Origin: Paramecium tetraurelia
Lineage: Eukaryota
NCBI GenBank assembly: GCA_000165425.1
Contig: CT868285.1
Coordinates: 62,001-126,000, forward strand
Length of the DNA stretch: 64,000 bases
Direction of reading: 5' to 3'
This document shows positions 1-13,700 of this stretch, in pieces. The position numbers and the translations under genes were made by a program. A model generated the notes under the pieces. That model saw only the letters and a list, made by a program, of their open reading frames with translations, was not told the origin of the DNA and made no database searches. Numbering within the stretch: position 1 is the stretch's first letter; the number at the start of each line of letters is the position of its first letter.

Positions 1-1108
1 TCACTTTGGTATCGATTCCTGTATAAACCACCACACCTATTACCCATTTGACATTCTTCAGTTTTGATCCTCTCAATAAAAAGTTCTTATGAGTTAATTG
101 AATCTTCTTGCTCTCCAAAAACAGTGTACCGTCAAAATTATAAAGCAATTGGTTTGGGTTTATACACTCTATTATTCCTTGTCTGCATTCAATTGTTTGA
201 GTCTCTTTTACTGCCTATTTCGGTTTCAAATTCTTCTCCCCATCCAAAGAGGATGTCTCAATAAAACATATCCCATCTTGCGATGTTTATAAAACAACTA
301 AATCAGCTGAAATAATTTCCAATTCATCAATTTTTATTATGTCCCCTATTAGTACATCTTTCCATGTTTTTTTAACGAAACCTCCATTACTCCAAATTGT
401 AGTTGGAGATGAATTTAATTCGTTATCACTCAGATGTTTCTGATAATCTTCGTACCCATCTCTTAACATGGACAAAGAAACCACAAAGAGTAAAGGCGCA
501 ATTGAATTTATTGGACTAAAGGGAGATATGGATTTGAAAAAGGACAATATTGCAATGATAAGAAAATAAATATTAGCCATTCTCTAGAATTGCAATGCTA
601 ATGAATATGGAAGGAAAGTAATTAGATTGTACCTCATTTAAGATTTATTGCATACCTGCTTGTTTGTATAAAGTTTGTAGGGTAATTGTATTGTTTATTT
701 TGCAACTGCTACTCTGCTCCGAAGTAAAGTTTACGTTCCATTCCTTAATTATATAAATTTATTCCATATAATTTTTTATAAACTCTTGAGTGGTAAATCT
801 TTGTATTATAATTTCTGCAATACAACAAAATTACAACGCATAAATTAATGCAATCAATATTCTAAAATTGGCACATCGGCTTTTCATCCACTTCTTTGCC
901 CTCCATCATATGCTGTTATTTTTCTACATTTAATTAACACAAGACTAATTGCTCTTAAAAAGATACTGATTTAATTTAATAACACAATATAAGAACATCA
1001 AAGATTAACAGGATCTATCTTAAAGACAAGAGACAATTTTTGTGTCCTTTTAATTCTGTTTCTTCCTTATTAATATTGGTTACTCTTCTGACAAAAGTTG
1101 TATTTTCA
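1..1108 (-). CDS. P4-type phospholipid-transporting ATPase (flippase), 5' part; runs off the left edge
   Basis: Ciliate-code translation gives YPTNFIQTSR/YNLITFLPYSLALQFQRMANIYFLIIAIL...PLLFVVSLSMLRDGYED...W.DVLIGDI...ADLVVL...IETSSLDGEENLK...LLLRGSKLKN...GVVVYTGIDTK, the typical P4-ATPase N-terminus and A-domain. Tiny intron near 633-655. Start codon uncertain (1108 or about 909). Confidence 0.88.
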
Positions 1109-1120
1109 TAAATTTATATT

Positions 1121-3479
1121 TCACTAGAAAATGAGTTTCATTTAGCTCACTTACGGCTGAGAAACCTATTATTTACTATTCTAAATATAAAGTTGTAATT
1201 ATAATTAAATATAGTAACATTAAAATCTTGAAATTAGTAGTGAATCATATAAATATGAATTATTACAAAATCATAAACCGTTGGATTGAATACTATCCGC
1301 CAATTCCATGAAGGATACACACAATGTGGGAAACCTCAGCTGAAACTCTTGATCTTATTATAATATTCTGATAGTTTCAGCCACTATTAATAATTAAGTT
1401 TGTATTGATTTGTTGAACTTTTTATCCTAGATTAATATACACTCGTCATCTTATTGAGGGGGTCTGATCAACCCTTAATTTCTTAACTCTCTCCTTATTT
1501 TGTTTTAAATTACTATTTAGCAATTATTTTTTTATGAAAATAATTATCTTATGTGATCTCTAGTCTTTGATTTTAATTAGTCCAAATTTCCTACCAATTA
1601 CAATAGGGAGCATAGTTATTTATATTGTTACAATCCCTATTGTGATTAAAAACTATTTGGATTTGTGAGTATCAATTAATGTGAATCACCAAGAACCATT
1701 TTTGATGACTAGCTCTAATGACTCTTATTAGTCTAACGTTTCTTACAGCAAGTCTGCCCCATGTAATTTAATTTTATCTTTATTTTAATTAGGTTATAAT
1801 AAATTAATTCAATTATATTTGGAAAGTTTCTATTTTTTCTTTAAAATAATATCATCACTTCTTAATTGTTATCTCATTAATTTATCAACGTCTTTGTCGA
1901 TTTTATATTATTCATAGAGTATCTGCATTTCCTCAAAAATAGACTTCCCATTATTAAATAACTACTCAGCTTCTTACTCTAATCTCACGTATTCTAAATG
2001 AATTAATGAATAAATCACTTTTCTCATAAATCTATTGATAAACAGGGTTCTTAGAAGTAAACTCATATATATTCTTGGCTGAATTTGTCATCATGTTATA
2101 CTGATCTTAGTGATGCATCTACTTGAATTAATCATAGTTCATAAATGATCCTTAAATCCATTACCTATCAAAATCTAACTTCTTCCAATACTCCTTCAGT
2201 TACTTCTGTTTTGAAGGTCTTATTATGAAGAAATATTCACTAAATAGTTTGGATTGTAGTTCTAAATTCTGTGTTAAAGGTACTTAATTTTTGAGAATCC
2301 TCTAGACTGATTCTTAATCACTTATGTTTAATGTAATCTTTACATCCTTTATTTCAGTTAATAAAGAGAGACAATAAATTTTCCAGGCTTCAATCAAATT
2401 GTCATCTTCATACTTATATGTTTATAATTCATTCCGTATTTTGTTTCTAATCTATTTTATTTATTTCATTTATTCATTGTGTTCTTCCAAAATGTATGAG
2501 ATTTCACTCCACTTTCTATCAACTTCAGAGCAACCAGTCCATCTTAATTTACAATTAAACTTCTTATCTTCCTCGCCATTGTTCATAATTTTAGGTTTAA
2601 TCTTTGAACGTTCTAATTTAACATTATAATAGTAATCTTCTTCTTCTTATGCTCTTTTTTTACCCGGATGATACAATAATACTAAACTATTCATTTTTGC
2701 TCTCATTCTATAGGAATCATCGCCAATAAGTATGACATCTAGATCTCTATATAGTTTACGACCCCATTGATCTGCTTCATTTTCATATTGATTATTCTTA
2801 TCAATAACTGATAATAACTCAAACTCTAATTCCTTTAGATGTTCATAAAAAGAATCTGCATTGTGCAATCCTTTATGAATTTTACCCATATTATATTCAA
2901 TATTTGAAAAGGCTTCAACCTTTTCAGCTGGCGATAGGTTATTTAAGTAAATTTAAGATTGTTCTTTCATAGTCTTCAATTTGTCATAAATATCTTTGGC
3001 CTTGAGACGCTGTTCTGGAAATTATTGTTTTGCAATTTATACATATTCAACATATTCCTTGAGAATTATAGCGAACCAAAGAAATCTAAGTTCTTTGCAG
3101 GAACCTAGATTGTAAATGAATGTAGGATTCTTCTCAACTGATTCATTAGGGTTGCTGAAACTGTAATGTACATTCATTCCTTTTGAATTTCCCCTGTTAC
3201 AAAGTGAAACACCCCAAGTCCACAATTTATATGCTTCAGTCAATAGAGGGTTATTGAGAAGATGAGCCTTTGTGATATTGATCATATTGATTCTTCTGGA
3301 TATCACCTTACTCTGTAGAAGATCGAGATCTCTTAAACATTGGGATTGCAATAAAAAAAGCTGTGGAGATTTATATAAACAATTACTTGATCAAAGGCTA
3401 TGATGTGTATTTATTTCATATTATTATAGATGTTTTTGTTAATAGATTACTGGACATCTTTGGCACTCATACAACCCAT
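1121..3479 (-). CDS. Hypothetical protein with MGC N-terminus (likely myristoylated/palmitoylated)
   Basis: Long TGA-poor frame in the ciliate code starting MGCMSAKDVQQ, with tiny introns. It joins ORF-track fragments 3037-3351 and 2647-2889. No recognised domain. Confidence 0.7.
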
Positions 3480-3496
3480 TATTAATAATAATATAA

Positions 3497-3916
3497 ATGT
3501 ATTTTTAGTGCTTTGATCCATAATCACTTTACTAGGTTCAACAAAAGTAGAGTATGAATGTGTATGATGAAGAAAGAAAGTTTTATAAGTGAGTTTGCTT
3601 GATGTAATAACACCAAAATTCTAGCATAGTGAGGAAGGAATTTAGAATTGCTTAGACAATTTAAGATAAGGACATGATTGCTACGGATGTGAGCAGTTGC
3701 AAAATTTAAGGAAGTTCAAATTATTTGTTAAATTTACATTCTTATATATAAAATTCTGGAAGATCCGTTATAAAAAATAACTTATTCTTATATATTACAA
3801 GGAGAGGAGTATTAATATCAGGGGAAATGCAGATGCATAATTTATCTCAGCAAGGCTACTAATAATGGCAATTACCTTTGAAGTTGTGCAATCCAAAATG
3901 CGTAAAGTGTCTTTGA
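3497..3916 (+). CDS. Small hypothetical protein, one in-frame TGA (possible 36-nt intron 3589-3624)
   Basis: ATG 3497 to TGA 3914-3916 in a single frame, interrupted only by TGA 3590-3592. Ends CNPKCVKCL. Fills the gap between neighbouring genes. Confidence 0.35.
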
Positions 3917-3954
3917 TAATTTTGAATAATAATTAATAAATATACATTATCGTT

Positions 3955-6673
3955 ATGAATAAGGATATCAACCCCATATAAATCACAAAACATCAATATT
4001 CCCCGTCGGTTCAGAAATAGGGTTTGCAATCTCTGAAATGGGTGGTTCCGATTTGCATAATATGTTCATTGTGTAGCATAGTAATTGCATACATGTGGTA
4101 CAGTTCTAATGGATTGACTGAATATTTGCTTTTGGGACTCAATAATGTAATTTGCCACATAAATTAAAGGTAGCCATATTGATTGTATGCATCTTCTCCT
4201 TTTATTGGAGTTTAACATTTCAAATAGTGAGAGATGTTATTAATCAGCAGGAGGGATTCCCACTATCAAGCATACCTTATTTTCATTCTCTATTCACATA
4301 AATACTCTGCGCAATCTAAGCTGGCTTAGTATTAGGCTTGATTGAATATAACTCCTACAACCAATTCATATTGATACTCCCCTTGACTATAATAGAAATA
4401 TTTCTACTGCTTTATCTAGCTAATGTGAGTAGATAATTCAATATTAGAGAGTACGGAGTTCAAAGATTGATCATCTATGCTACATCTGCTATTAATCTAA
4501 TATTTTTGGCATTTGCAGCATATTACCTCAAAAAAGTATGGGTTTCATCTATCCTAGGTTATCTCTTAAATTAATTATTAAATGTATTAGGTTTCAAGTA
4601 CTAACATTGAAATTTCATTCATCAAAATAATTCTATTGGTTTTCTTTATATTGACTATCCTTGTTGCAACATTTAATGTCAAGAAAATTAAAGTGTTTTT
4701 TGTTACCATAAGCTACATTATTGTTGGTCTATGCATCATGGCAGCATGTGTAAATGGTTTGTTAGTCAGAAGAATCCAATCCCTAAATTTAGAATTATCT
4801 TCACCCAATGGATGTAGATTTGCAATGTAGACAATATCTGAGACAAGTTTAAAAGATGAATTATAATGCTCATAAAAATACTTAAATTTGGATCTATCAC
4901 CATATTTGCCTTGTGATTAAGATCAACAAACTTACGAATGGGAATCGAATTCCAATATTAAACTGGGATGCGTTAATTTATAATGTTGCAAAGCCGTTTA
5001 AAATTATCTATTCAGTCCAATTAATAGTCTTACCATTTGGATTAATTTAATCATCATGATTGGATTAGTCTAGTCCTTTAATGCGGCAATACTATCAGAG
5101 AGCACATTCAAAAAATACAAAATGCACATTGTTGGAGATGGAGTAGTCTTTATTATTCTACTAATCCTGGCTATTCTTACTGTGTGCACTTACAATTTCA
5201 CTCCTGATCTCCAAATAGGAATTTAACATGCTCTTGTTAAGTAAGAATTGTTAATTATTTCTACCTAGAGAATAATCTGTATTAAATTAAATTACTATTT
5301 TGCCTACTCCTGTATATAAGAACTTTGATAAATAAGAGAAGCTTATTGGATTCCATAATTTATAAAGTTGTCAGCAAATTACTGCGGTGATGTTACAAAA
5401 AATAACTTTTTCATCCGATAATAATTAGAAGGGGTATTATAATATCATTAATTAGAATTATTTTAGCAATTTAAGGCACAAATGGGTAATTTACTATTCT
5501 TAACGAAGTAAACTAATAGGATTTGTCAATTATTGTTGATAATGATATAACAAAAGAATTTTTCTAACCCTAAACATTACCATTTGATAGGATATTGATA
5601 AAAGGGAAAATAGAGGAGGCAGAGAATTTTATCAATAATAATTTATATTTCTGTTCAGACAATCCTTTGTCTGCAGATTTTGAAATCTTAAAAGAGTTTT
5701 ATGAAATTCAAAAAAAAAGAATTTTAGAAGGAGTATCAAAAGATGCACAAAAATATGCTGATTAGGCATTCAAATTTTACAATATTAAAATCGTCATCGA
5801 AGATGCAACCAATTTTTAACCAATTTAAAATAGTGTAAATTTAATATGTTATTTTAGTAAATTGAAATATATGATGGAAAATTCTTGTCGTAATCTTGCT
5901 AAATTATAAAATAATTGGAAAGTAACCTATATGAATTAACAACTGATGAGAATGGGAGTGTTACTTTAAACAACCTCAGTTAAGGTAATTCTTATACAAT
6001 AATGATATACAAGCCAAGTATTATATTATAATAATTTACAGATTACAAAAGGACATGCTCAGTTTTGGATTTATAGAGAAGAATACCAAAAACTAATTAT
6101 ATATTTCGATTGACTAGTAGTATTCAAAAACATTCTGTAAGAGTTATCTTAGAATGGTCATCAAAATCATTAAATCTTGATTTGTATGGTATTTTCAAAG
6201 TGAATGAACACAGTTGTTTAACAGGACCTTTGTCGAAAAGTTGTGGTGGAATGGAACACATCTCAATTTCAAAGGAAGATCAACACATTGAGATATTGGA
6301 TATCACCCAATTGGAACCTTATAGATACACCTTATTTGTGAAAAGATTTTTAACTCGATAGGAGTCATTAGATCTGTTATCAAAGTCGGGGATTAATCAA
6401 GATTGGATAGATTCCGATCCTCATATAACTGTATATTTAAATGAATTGAAATACCCTTTGGTAGAATTTCGATTACCATAAAGTATTCATTGATAAATTT
6501 ACATAGTAACTAATTAATAAATGGATAGAGTGGATATGACTTGGATGGTGTTTTAAATTGATGGTATTCAATCCGATGCTCCGAATTCCATACAGAAGAT
6601 GACTTCAGAAATTTCAAATGATGAAATCAAAACGAATACTTCATTTAAAAAATCATATTGGCCAAATATCTGA
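3955..6673 (+). CDS. Multi-pass membrane protein with Cys-rich loop and C-terminal beta-rich (CarboxypepD_reg/YfaP-like) region
   Basis: Many hydrophobic segments at 4030-5200, a Cys-rich loop (GCVNLQCCK), then TDENGSVTLNNL..GNSYTI and VRVILEWSSKSLNLDLYG motifs. Several tiny introns. TGA 6671-6673. Confidence 0.7.
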
Positions 6674-6752
6674 GATAGAATATTAAAATATTTATGTATG
6701 ATTATTGATTTCATGAACAAAAATGTTACTAGTTAATAATAAAACAAACTGT

Positions 6753-7543
6753 TCACTCACAAACAAAATAACAAAATCCATCAATTGAGTAAAGCTAATC
6801 ATAAAAATCTTGAGCTGGTATGCTCATATTTAAGTGAGCTCCGTTGAATATAAAAGTAGCTCCCTACAATTTGGTGCTTAAGGCTTGCCCTATTGTTAAT
6901 TATTAGTCCTTCAATTCAATTATAGTTTATAAGTGACCTCCAGTTTTGAAATATATTCTAATAGGAAGTTATATCCTTCCAGTTTTAGGGGATTCGAATA
7001 TTTTCTTATAATATCTATAGAGATCCTCCTTATTTTCAAATGACTTGATTTGCTTTAAGGCTTACTTTTCATCGCTTATGGACATATATTATGTTAAATT
7101 TTTAAGTGGAGTTCCATATCCCTCATGGTTGTAACGACCAAAGCAAGCCTATTTTAGATTAAATTTGATTTGGTTCTTAATTTCATCTTCTAAATCGACA
7201 AAATGTGTTTCTTTTGTGTAGATTAATTTTAATTCAATAGGCATGAATATGTCCTCACTAGGATGTAAATCCACCAACACCCCAAAAGGTATTTAATATG
7301 GTAACTGAACTTCATTGCATTGGAAAGTAATTTGATTTATTTTATTAACCTAAGGAGTAAAGGAGTGAAAATGCTAATTTATAATTCAGATATTTGTACA
7401 TCAAAGATCTATTGGTAATAGAAAAGCAAATAATGTTATCTATAAATCATGAGATACATGGGCGGTATTTTGCTATCTTAGAGTTCTACTCTGACTGCGA
7501 CTCTCATATCCCAGATTTCTTGCTAATATTGTTAAGAGTTCAT
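6753..7543 (-). CDS. ATG5: Autophagy protein 5
   Basis: EIWDMRVAV...PPMYLMIYRQHYL...LPYQIPFGVLVDL...IKFNLKQA...LPIRIYF...TIGQAL...FNGAHL...LYSIDGFCYFV follows the UblA-helical-UblB layout of Atg5. Confidence 0.75.
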
Positions 7544-7626
7544 TTTTATAAAATAATTAACAAATACATATTTCATTTATTATAGTGTTATAAGTAAACA
7601 TTTTTATTTGTATATTTTAAATAATC

Positions 7627-8016
7627 ATGTAACCTTCAGTTTTGAACACATCGAATTCATCTTTTAGATTGATCAAAAGTAAAATAGTTAAAAGAACAAT
7701 ATGTCATGGAGCTTGCATAGAAGAATAAGATAGCAAGCTGTAATTAAATAAATCCAAAAAATATGATGGGATTGAAAGCACTTACAGTACTAAAAATTTA
7801 TCCACTTATTTGAATGAAGACAATAACAAATACAGACAACCAAAATTAAAGCCAAAAATAGATTAAGATGCAGCCAAAAGGTTTACTTTTTTCCATATGA
7901 GATAACAAAGCAGTGATAAATTTCAAATTCAATAAACCAAAATAGTAACAAAATAAGTTGTTGCTGAATTGCGATCTACTCTAAATAGAGTTCGTTCATC
8001 TAAATCAATTATTTGA
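7627..8016 (+). CDS. Hypothetical protein (129 aa)
   Basis: Intronless ATG-to-TGA frame in the ciliate code: MQPSVLNTS...RSSKSII. Confidence 0.6.
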
Positions 8017-8967
8017 AATATCATTTATGATTCGCTATTTATGAATATATATTGTTATCATTTCACATTATATTTCCTTTTTAAGGATTAAATGGGTGTA
8101 TTAAAATTATTAACTAATTTATACTCATAATATGTATAATAGTGCTTAAGATTAATTTTCTCTACTTTTCTCCATATCAACTTACTTAGTTTACTCTAGA
8201 CACATTTTTGTCTCTCATCAACAAGCCATTCCAATACGTGAAATTTATGAATCATAAAATTCCAAGTAAAAAGAAGAATAAGATTCAAGAAATATTATGA
8301 AACTCAATTGTGTTACTAAAAACAATTCTTGAGATTTGCATTTAAAATGTTAAACAAACATTTAAGTATCACTCGTTAACTATTTTTGTAATTTTTATGT
8401 AAATCTTAGAAAGATATCAATTAAGTACTTTAACTTCTTACGGTCATAAGCATAGTTTATATTATAGGCAATTTCATTATTAAAAATAGTTCTAAGGTGA
8501 TAAAATAAGTATTTATTATATCATTCTTTAAGATAATTATCAAAATTACATACTTGAAATATGTGTAAAATCTTTATTTCAGTTGATAAATCCAAATTAA
8601 GTTTGAATGAGATTCATCAGTGGAAAGATTGTTAGATTTCTTAAGTTTACAGTTTATTCAATTGTGTATATGCTATGTCAATATCTATTAGATTAAGCCA
8701 TTTTTGATAATCAGATTTCTATTATAAATCTCTGTTTAATCCTAATCTAAGATATACGCATTACTCGACAACCCATTTGGGTATTTATCAAATAAAGCTG
8801 TAAAAATATTTTATTATCTTTAAATTTACTTTTGGTTTGTTAACGATTACAAAGTAAGTAATAATAAAATAATCGAATTGCTATTTTGAGATAATCATCA
8901 GAATTTTGGAATTTAGGAAAATAAAAAAATATTATAAATAAAAATTACTTGAACTGCTAATAAAAAA

Positions 8968-10770
8968 ATGAAATAATTTATAACCTTTATCAATATTCCT
9001 GAAGTGCGTGGGAAGGCTTCCAAAATGTCAGATATGCAGTAAGAGTTTCAGTTTTACAACGAGGGAACATCAATGCAAAAGGTATGAATAAAACATAATG
9101 CAGATGTTTGCGAGCTGTATGTGAGGGATGTTCTCCATTCAAGATCAACCATATAAAAAAAGATGGCAAAGAATCCTCAAAACCGCATAGAATGTGCAAA
9201 ATCTGTAAAGAGGTATATGGAAGTCTAATTCAAGGAATCAGAGTAAATAAAGAATTTTGTGGAGTAGAATCATATTGCTTACGGAGTAGACACTTTATCG
9301 AAATAATGGTTGGGAGGCTCACTAACCTAGCAGGAATATAAGAATGCTCGAGAGAGCGCTAAAATTAGATTTGATAAAACAGAAATAAGTGGTTTTGACA
9401 ATATTAACTATTCTTTAAAAGAATTTTATTATTTAGTAGGCAAAGACAACACAAAACTGTAGAATGTTTGTTTGACATTTTGTTCGAAGAATCCAGAAGT
9501 TCAATTTTCAGCCGAATTAGTGTGTTTGGCCAATTTTCTATTATGCTTTTCCTCAGAAGCCTCCACTTTTCAATTATTAGGCATAATCTACAAACAGAAA
9601 CCCACTGATGAATGCATCGTAAGCATATTAACTTATTGCGTAAAAGGATATGGTTTAGGAGAAGATGAAAAATAGTTGCTGAAGTAATTTCTACAAAGTA
9701 GATTGAAGAGATACTTATTAACATTCTCAATCAACATGTTCAATTTTGATACAACTCTATTCTTAATCACACAATTGATCAAAAAATACGATTCATTCAT
9801 TAAAGGATTGTCTGCAATATTTATATTGGCCAGCACTTAATTGAAGAATACTAACCATGAAGATCTTGAATTGTGGATATTAAGGAATGTGAGAAGAAAA
9901 GATGCAGAGAGTAAGTTAAACCTAATGTAATTACCTGCGCCTAAGTAGGAAATAGAGAGTAGGGATACATCCTAGTCAATTAGAAGCGTTGCATTTTCAA
10001 TAATTGAATAATAAGATCAATCTTAGTATAATGAAATGAAGGCTGAAATATCCAATTTAAAATTGCAACTCGCTTTAAAAGATAATGAAATTGAAAGCTA
10101 TAAATTTTAATTGCAATAAATGCAATCTCCTGATGATTCCAAAAAAGACAAGTATATTCAATAAAAAAATGAAGAAATTGCCATTCTATTAGCTAGAGTT
10201 GATGCTTTGACCTTGGAAAATAAATAGTTATCTAAGAGAGAGTCTAATTATTCAAATTAGAATTCTATTCAAGCAGAATAATAGAAGATCATTTAAGAAT
10301 TACAATAATAGATAGAACGCTTAAAGACAAAACTAAAAGAATCTACTTTTGAAAACAGGGCAATGTCAATGTCATTGGCTACGAGTGCTTAGAGTATTAT
10401 GTCTGGTAAGGAAGTGCAGGATTTAAAATAAAAACATGAAGACGAGAAACGATAATTATTTGATCACATACAGGCTTTGGAACAGAATAAGTCCTAATTA
10501 CAACGCATTATAGATTCACAAAAACAATTGAATCAAAGAGTGGTCGACTATATAAGTTCAATGACCATCAATATTAATATCATAGAATTGTCACTCAAAC
10601 CTCCTTTTGAGAGAAGCTTTAGAAATGATAACGAAGACTTTAAGCTCCTTATTGATACTAAGAATCAACAAAATCAAATTTTGAAGTAAATGCTTATGGC
10701 TAATCAGTAATAAATTCAAGAACTTAATAGTAAGCTCAAGGATATTAAGTAAATGATTTATTCATAATGA
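8968..10770 (+). CDS. FYVE zinc-finger protein with TBC-like middle region and C-terminal coiled coil; apparent +1 frameshift near 9022-9025
   Basis: KCQICSKSFSFTTREHQCKR/CLRAVCEGCS...HRMCKIC (FYVE), then FCSKNPEVQFSAELVCLANFLL..SEASTFQLL (TBC-like), then Q/E/K-rich heptads. Confidence 0.75.
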
Positions 10771-10785
10771 AATTATATAATAATA

Positions 10786-13700
10786 ATGAAAAAGAAAGAA
10801 TAAATCAATCAAATTGTGAATTCTCTGAAATATAAATTATTCAAGTAATCCTGTGTCTATTTAGAGTTTTTTACCTAATTTTGAAGCGATGGGCAGATTA
10901 CAGATGGCTAACAATTCTTTTGTGCTTAATTCAATATTTACAATTCACGTATTTAAATTTTGGACTCAAAGTTCAATACGTATGGTAGAATAAAGCCTAC
11001 AGTGACTTTATTAATCTGTTATTAAAGTATATTTGTTGTTTATCTAGATATTTTACAATTACCATCTCTGTTAAGAATGTTGGAATTCGCACTTATTTGA
11101 CCGTGTTTTATATGTGTATTGGATTAATCTTCTTAAGCATCATACTAATCCTGCTTCTAGCCTTTGTTATTAAAAATTAGAAGCTATAAATGCCTCCTTT
11201 GCTATTGCTCAAATTCTTGCTTAAAATAATTCTCACAATAGGCTTCTGGCCAATAGTCAGGATGTAATTTGGTTTATTAGCATGTGAATATAATAAATAG
11301 GGAAAATATGTTATGATGTTTGAATAATCAGAAGAATGTTGGACTTCAGAATATTACATTCATGCAGTTCTAGCCATTATAGGTTTGATAGTGACATTGT
11401 TGTTTTCCATGTTCGTGTCATTCCTAACATATGAATCCAGAAACGCTAGCCAAGATGCTAGTGCAATGAGAAATGGTAGATCATCTGCTCTACTGCTTTT
11501 ATACATATTTGTGTAAATTATGGTTTATCAATTATTACCCACTCCTCAATATACAATTATCATTATCTTTGTATTCCTCATAGGAAGTGCCTGGATGTTC
11601 ATAAGTACTCACTTGGATTAACCTTATTACGATACTTTTATCCAGAGAATATGGTCTATTTTATCTGCAGTCAATTTGTGGACTATTATTATGATGTTGT
11701 ATTCATATTCATTTGATGGTTAAACTTTTTAAAAGACTGTATAAGCATGGTTAATAGGAGTTCCCTTAATTATTGGTATTTTAGCAGTTAGATAACAGAA
11801 AACAGTAGATCTATTTGTTGCTAATTTAAAAAAACTTAAAAATGGAAAATAAATCATCCTTTTATGCGAATATCTGGTTTTGCTTATAAAAGGATCAGAA
11901 AAATGTTAAAGAGCCTAATTGCTACTTGACAGTTTTATTGAAATCCATAAGGAAATTTGTGATAGAACTGATTGCAGTGTGAAATTAAAAATGTAATTGG
12001 CTAATAAATTCAAAGAAAATCTAATTTATACAGATAGAAATTACATTATGATTGAATTGATCATTCAAATATACCATGAAGGTATAAAGAAATTTCCAGA
12101 TGACGCTGCCCTAAGATTAAGTTACATCTATTTCCTTTTCAATTAATAAAGATCATATTCTTTGATAATGTCAGAACTAAATCAAGCTATGGATTTTAAA
12201 CCTACTTTAGACTACGAGTTCCATATCTTTAGATACAAAACAATTATTGAAGAGGAATCCAATAAGAAGGCTGAGTTATTTGAATCAACAAATTCACTAA
12301 ATTAGACGAAAGAATTTATCGATCAACTTGAATTAGTGGCCTTGAAGGTTGTTGAATTCTGGAGTGCCTTGTAAGAAGAAGTGCCAGATATGAGTAAATT
12401 AATGGCCTATGGATTCAAAATTATTAAATTAGAGGAATAAATCGATTACAAATGGAATAAACTTTAAGACAATAAATCATTAAAACTCTACTATTATTTA
12501 TCGAGATTTTATTAATTGGTGTTGGATGATTAAGAATAGGCAGATTAATATTAATAATTATTTTGGACTCTCTAAAAATCTAAATAACAATAATTAAGTG
12601 AATTAGAGGAAGTTTGTAATCAATCGATTCCAACTTTGGTAGCTTCAGCTTAATTTTAAAAAGTTAATATTTATGCAGTTAATAAGTCTTTTTGTAGTTT
12701 GTTAGGATATTCAAAAGCAGATTTAATTGACAGATCTATTAATCAAATAATCCCAAGCATGTAAAATACTATTATATTTTTAGCTTCAATGAGAAGCATG
12801 ATTAATGTGTGGAACTATTCATAGAGAATAAAGCAAGATAAGAAAAGGAACTTATCACGTAAAGTGTATATTTAGTAACAAAGAGTAATTATATTTTACC
12901 AATCTTTTCAACTATCAAATTACTGTAAGCTCAAAATAATCAATTTTTTTTTATTGCCCAATATTAGTAATCTTTTAGCCCTAAATAATTATGTTATCTA
13001 TTATTAGACATAAAAGGTCACATTGAACATATTTCAAGTTCATGCATTTCATTCTTGAGATTAGATGCTCAAAGAATCAAAATGAGGAAAATTAATATCA
13101 AAGAATTATTTCCTGATTTTCATCTCAGAAAAGATGAATTTCTCTCTAAAAGTGGAGCTAAATTATAAATTAAGCCTCATGCCATGAAATATAGTACTAA
13201 GACTGTAGACACAACCTTAAGCTAATATGATTTGATTGAGTTTTAATGTTATCTGTCGTACATCTAATTTCCTTGTTTAAAGGATAGTAACAAATACGGA
13301 ATGATAATTAAATTAGAAAAACTTAAAGTTAATAATGCAGATTCACCAGGTGTGATATTACTTCAAGCACAATAAAAAAATTTCAAATATCCCATTTTTC
13401 AATATATCCCACCAACTGTTTTCTATATGGATTTTATGAGTTTGACTTAGATTGAAGAATCAATTAACAATAATAGTCATATCGAGGAAAATACATTAAA
13501 AATATCAAGGATTGCTGACTACTTTTTAATGGCTAAGAAAATGACATAATCTATTAAACATGTTGTAAATTATGATGATGGTATCAAAACTAAAAGATTG
13601 TGGGATAGTCAAATAATAGATATTTAAGATAATAACTAGGACTCAGAAGAGATTGAAGAGGAAAGCAACTAACAAACAAAAAAATAGGAAGATGAAGAAA

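Noticed and set aside
8020..8960. Long AT-rich gap with coding-like patches
   Set aside because: No consistent frame or recognisable motif on either strand.
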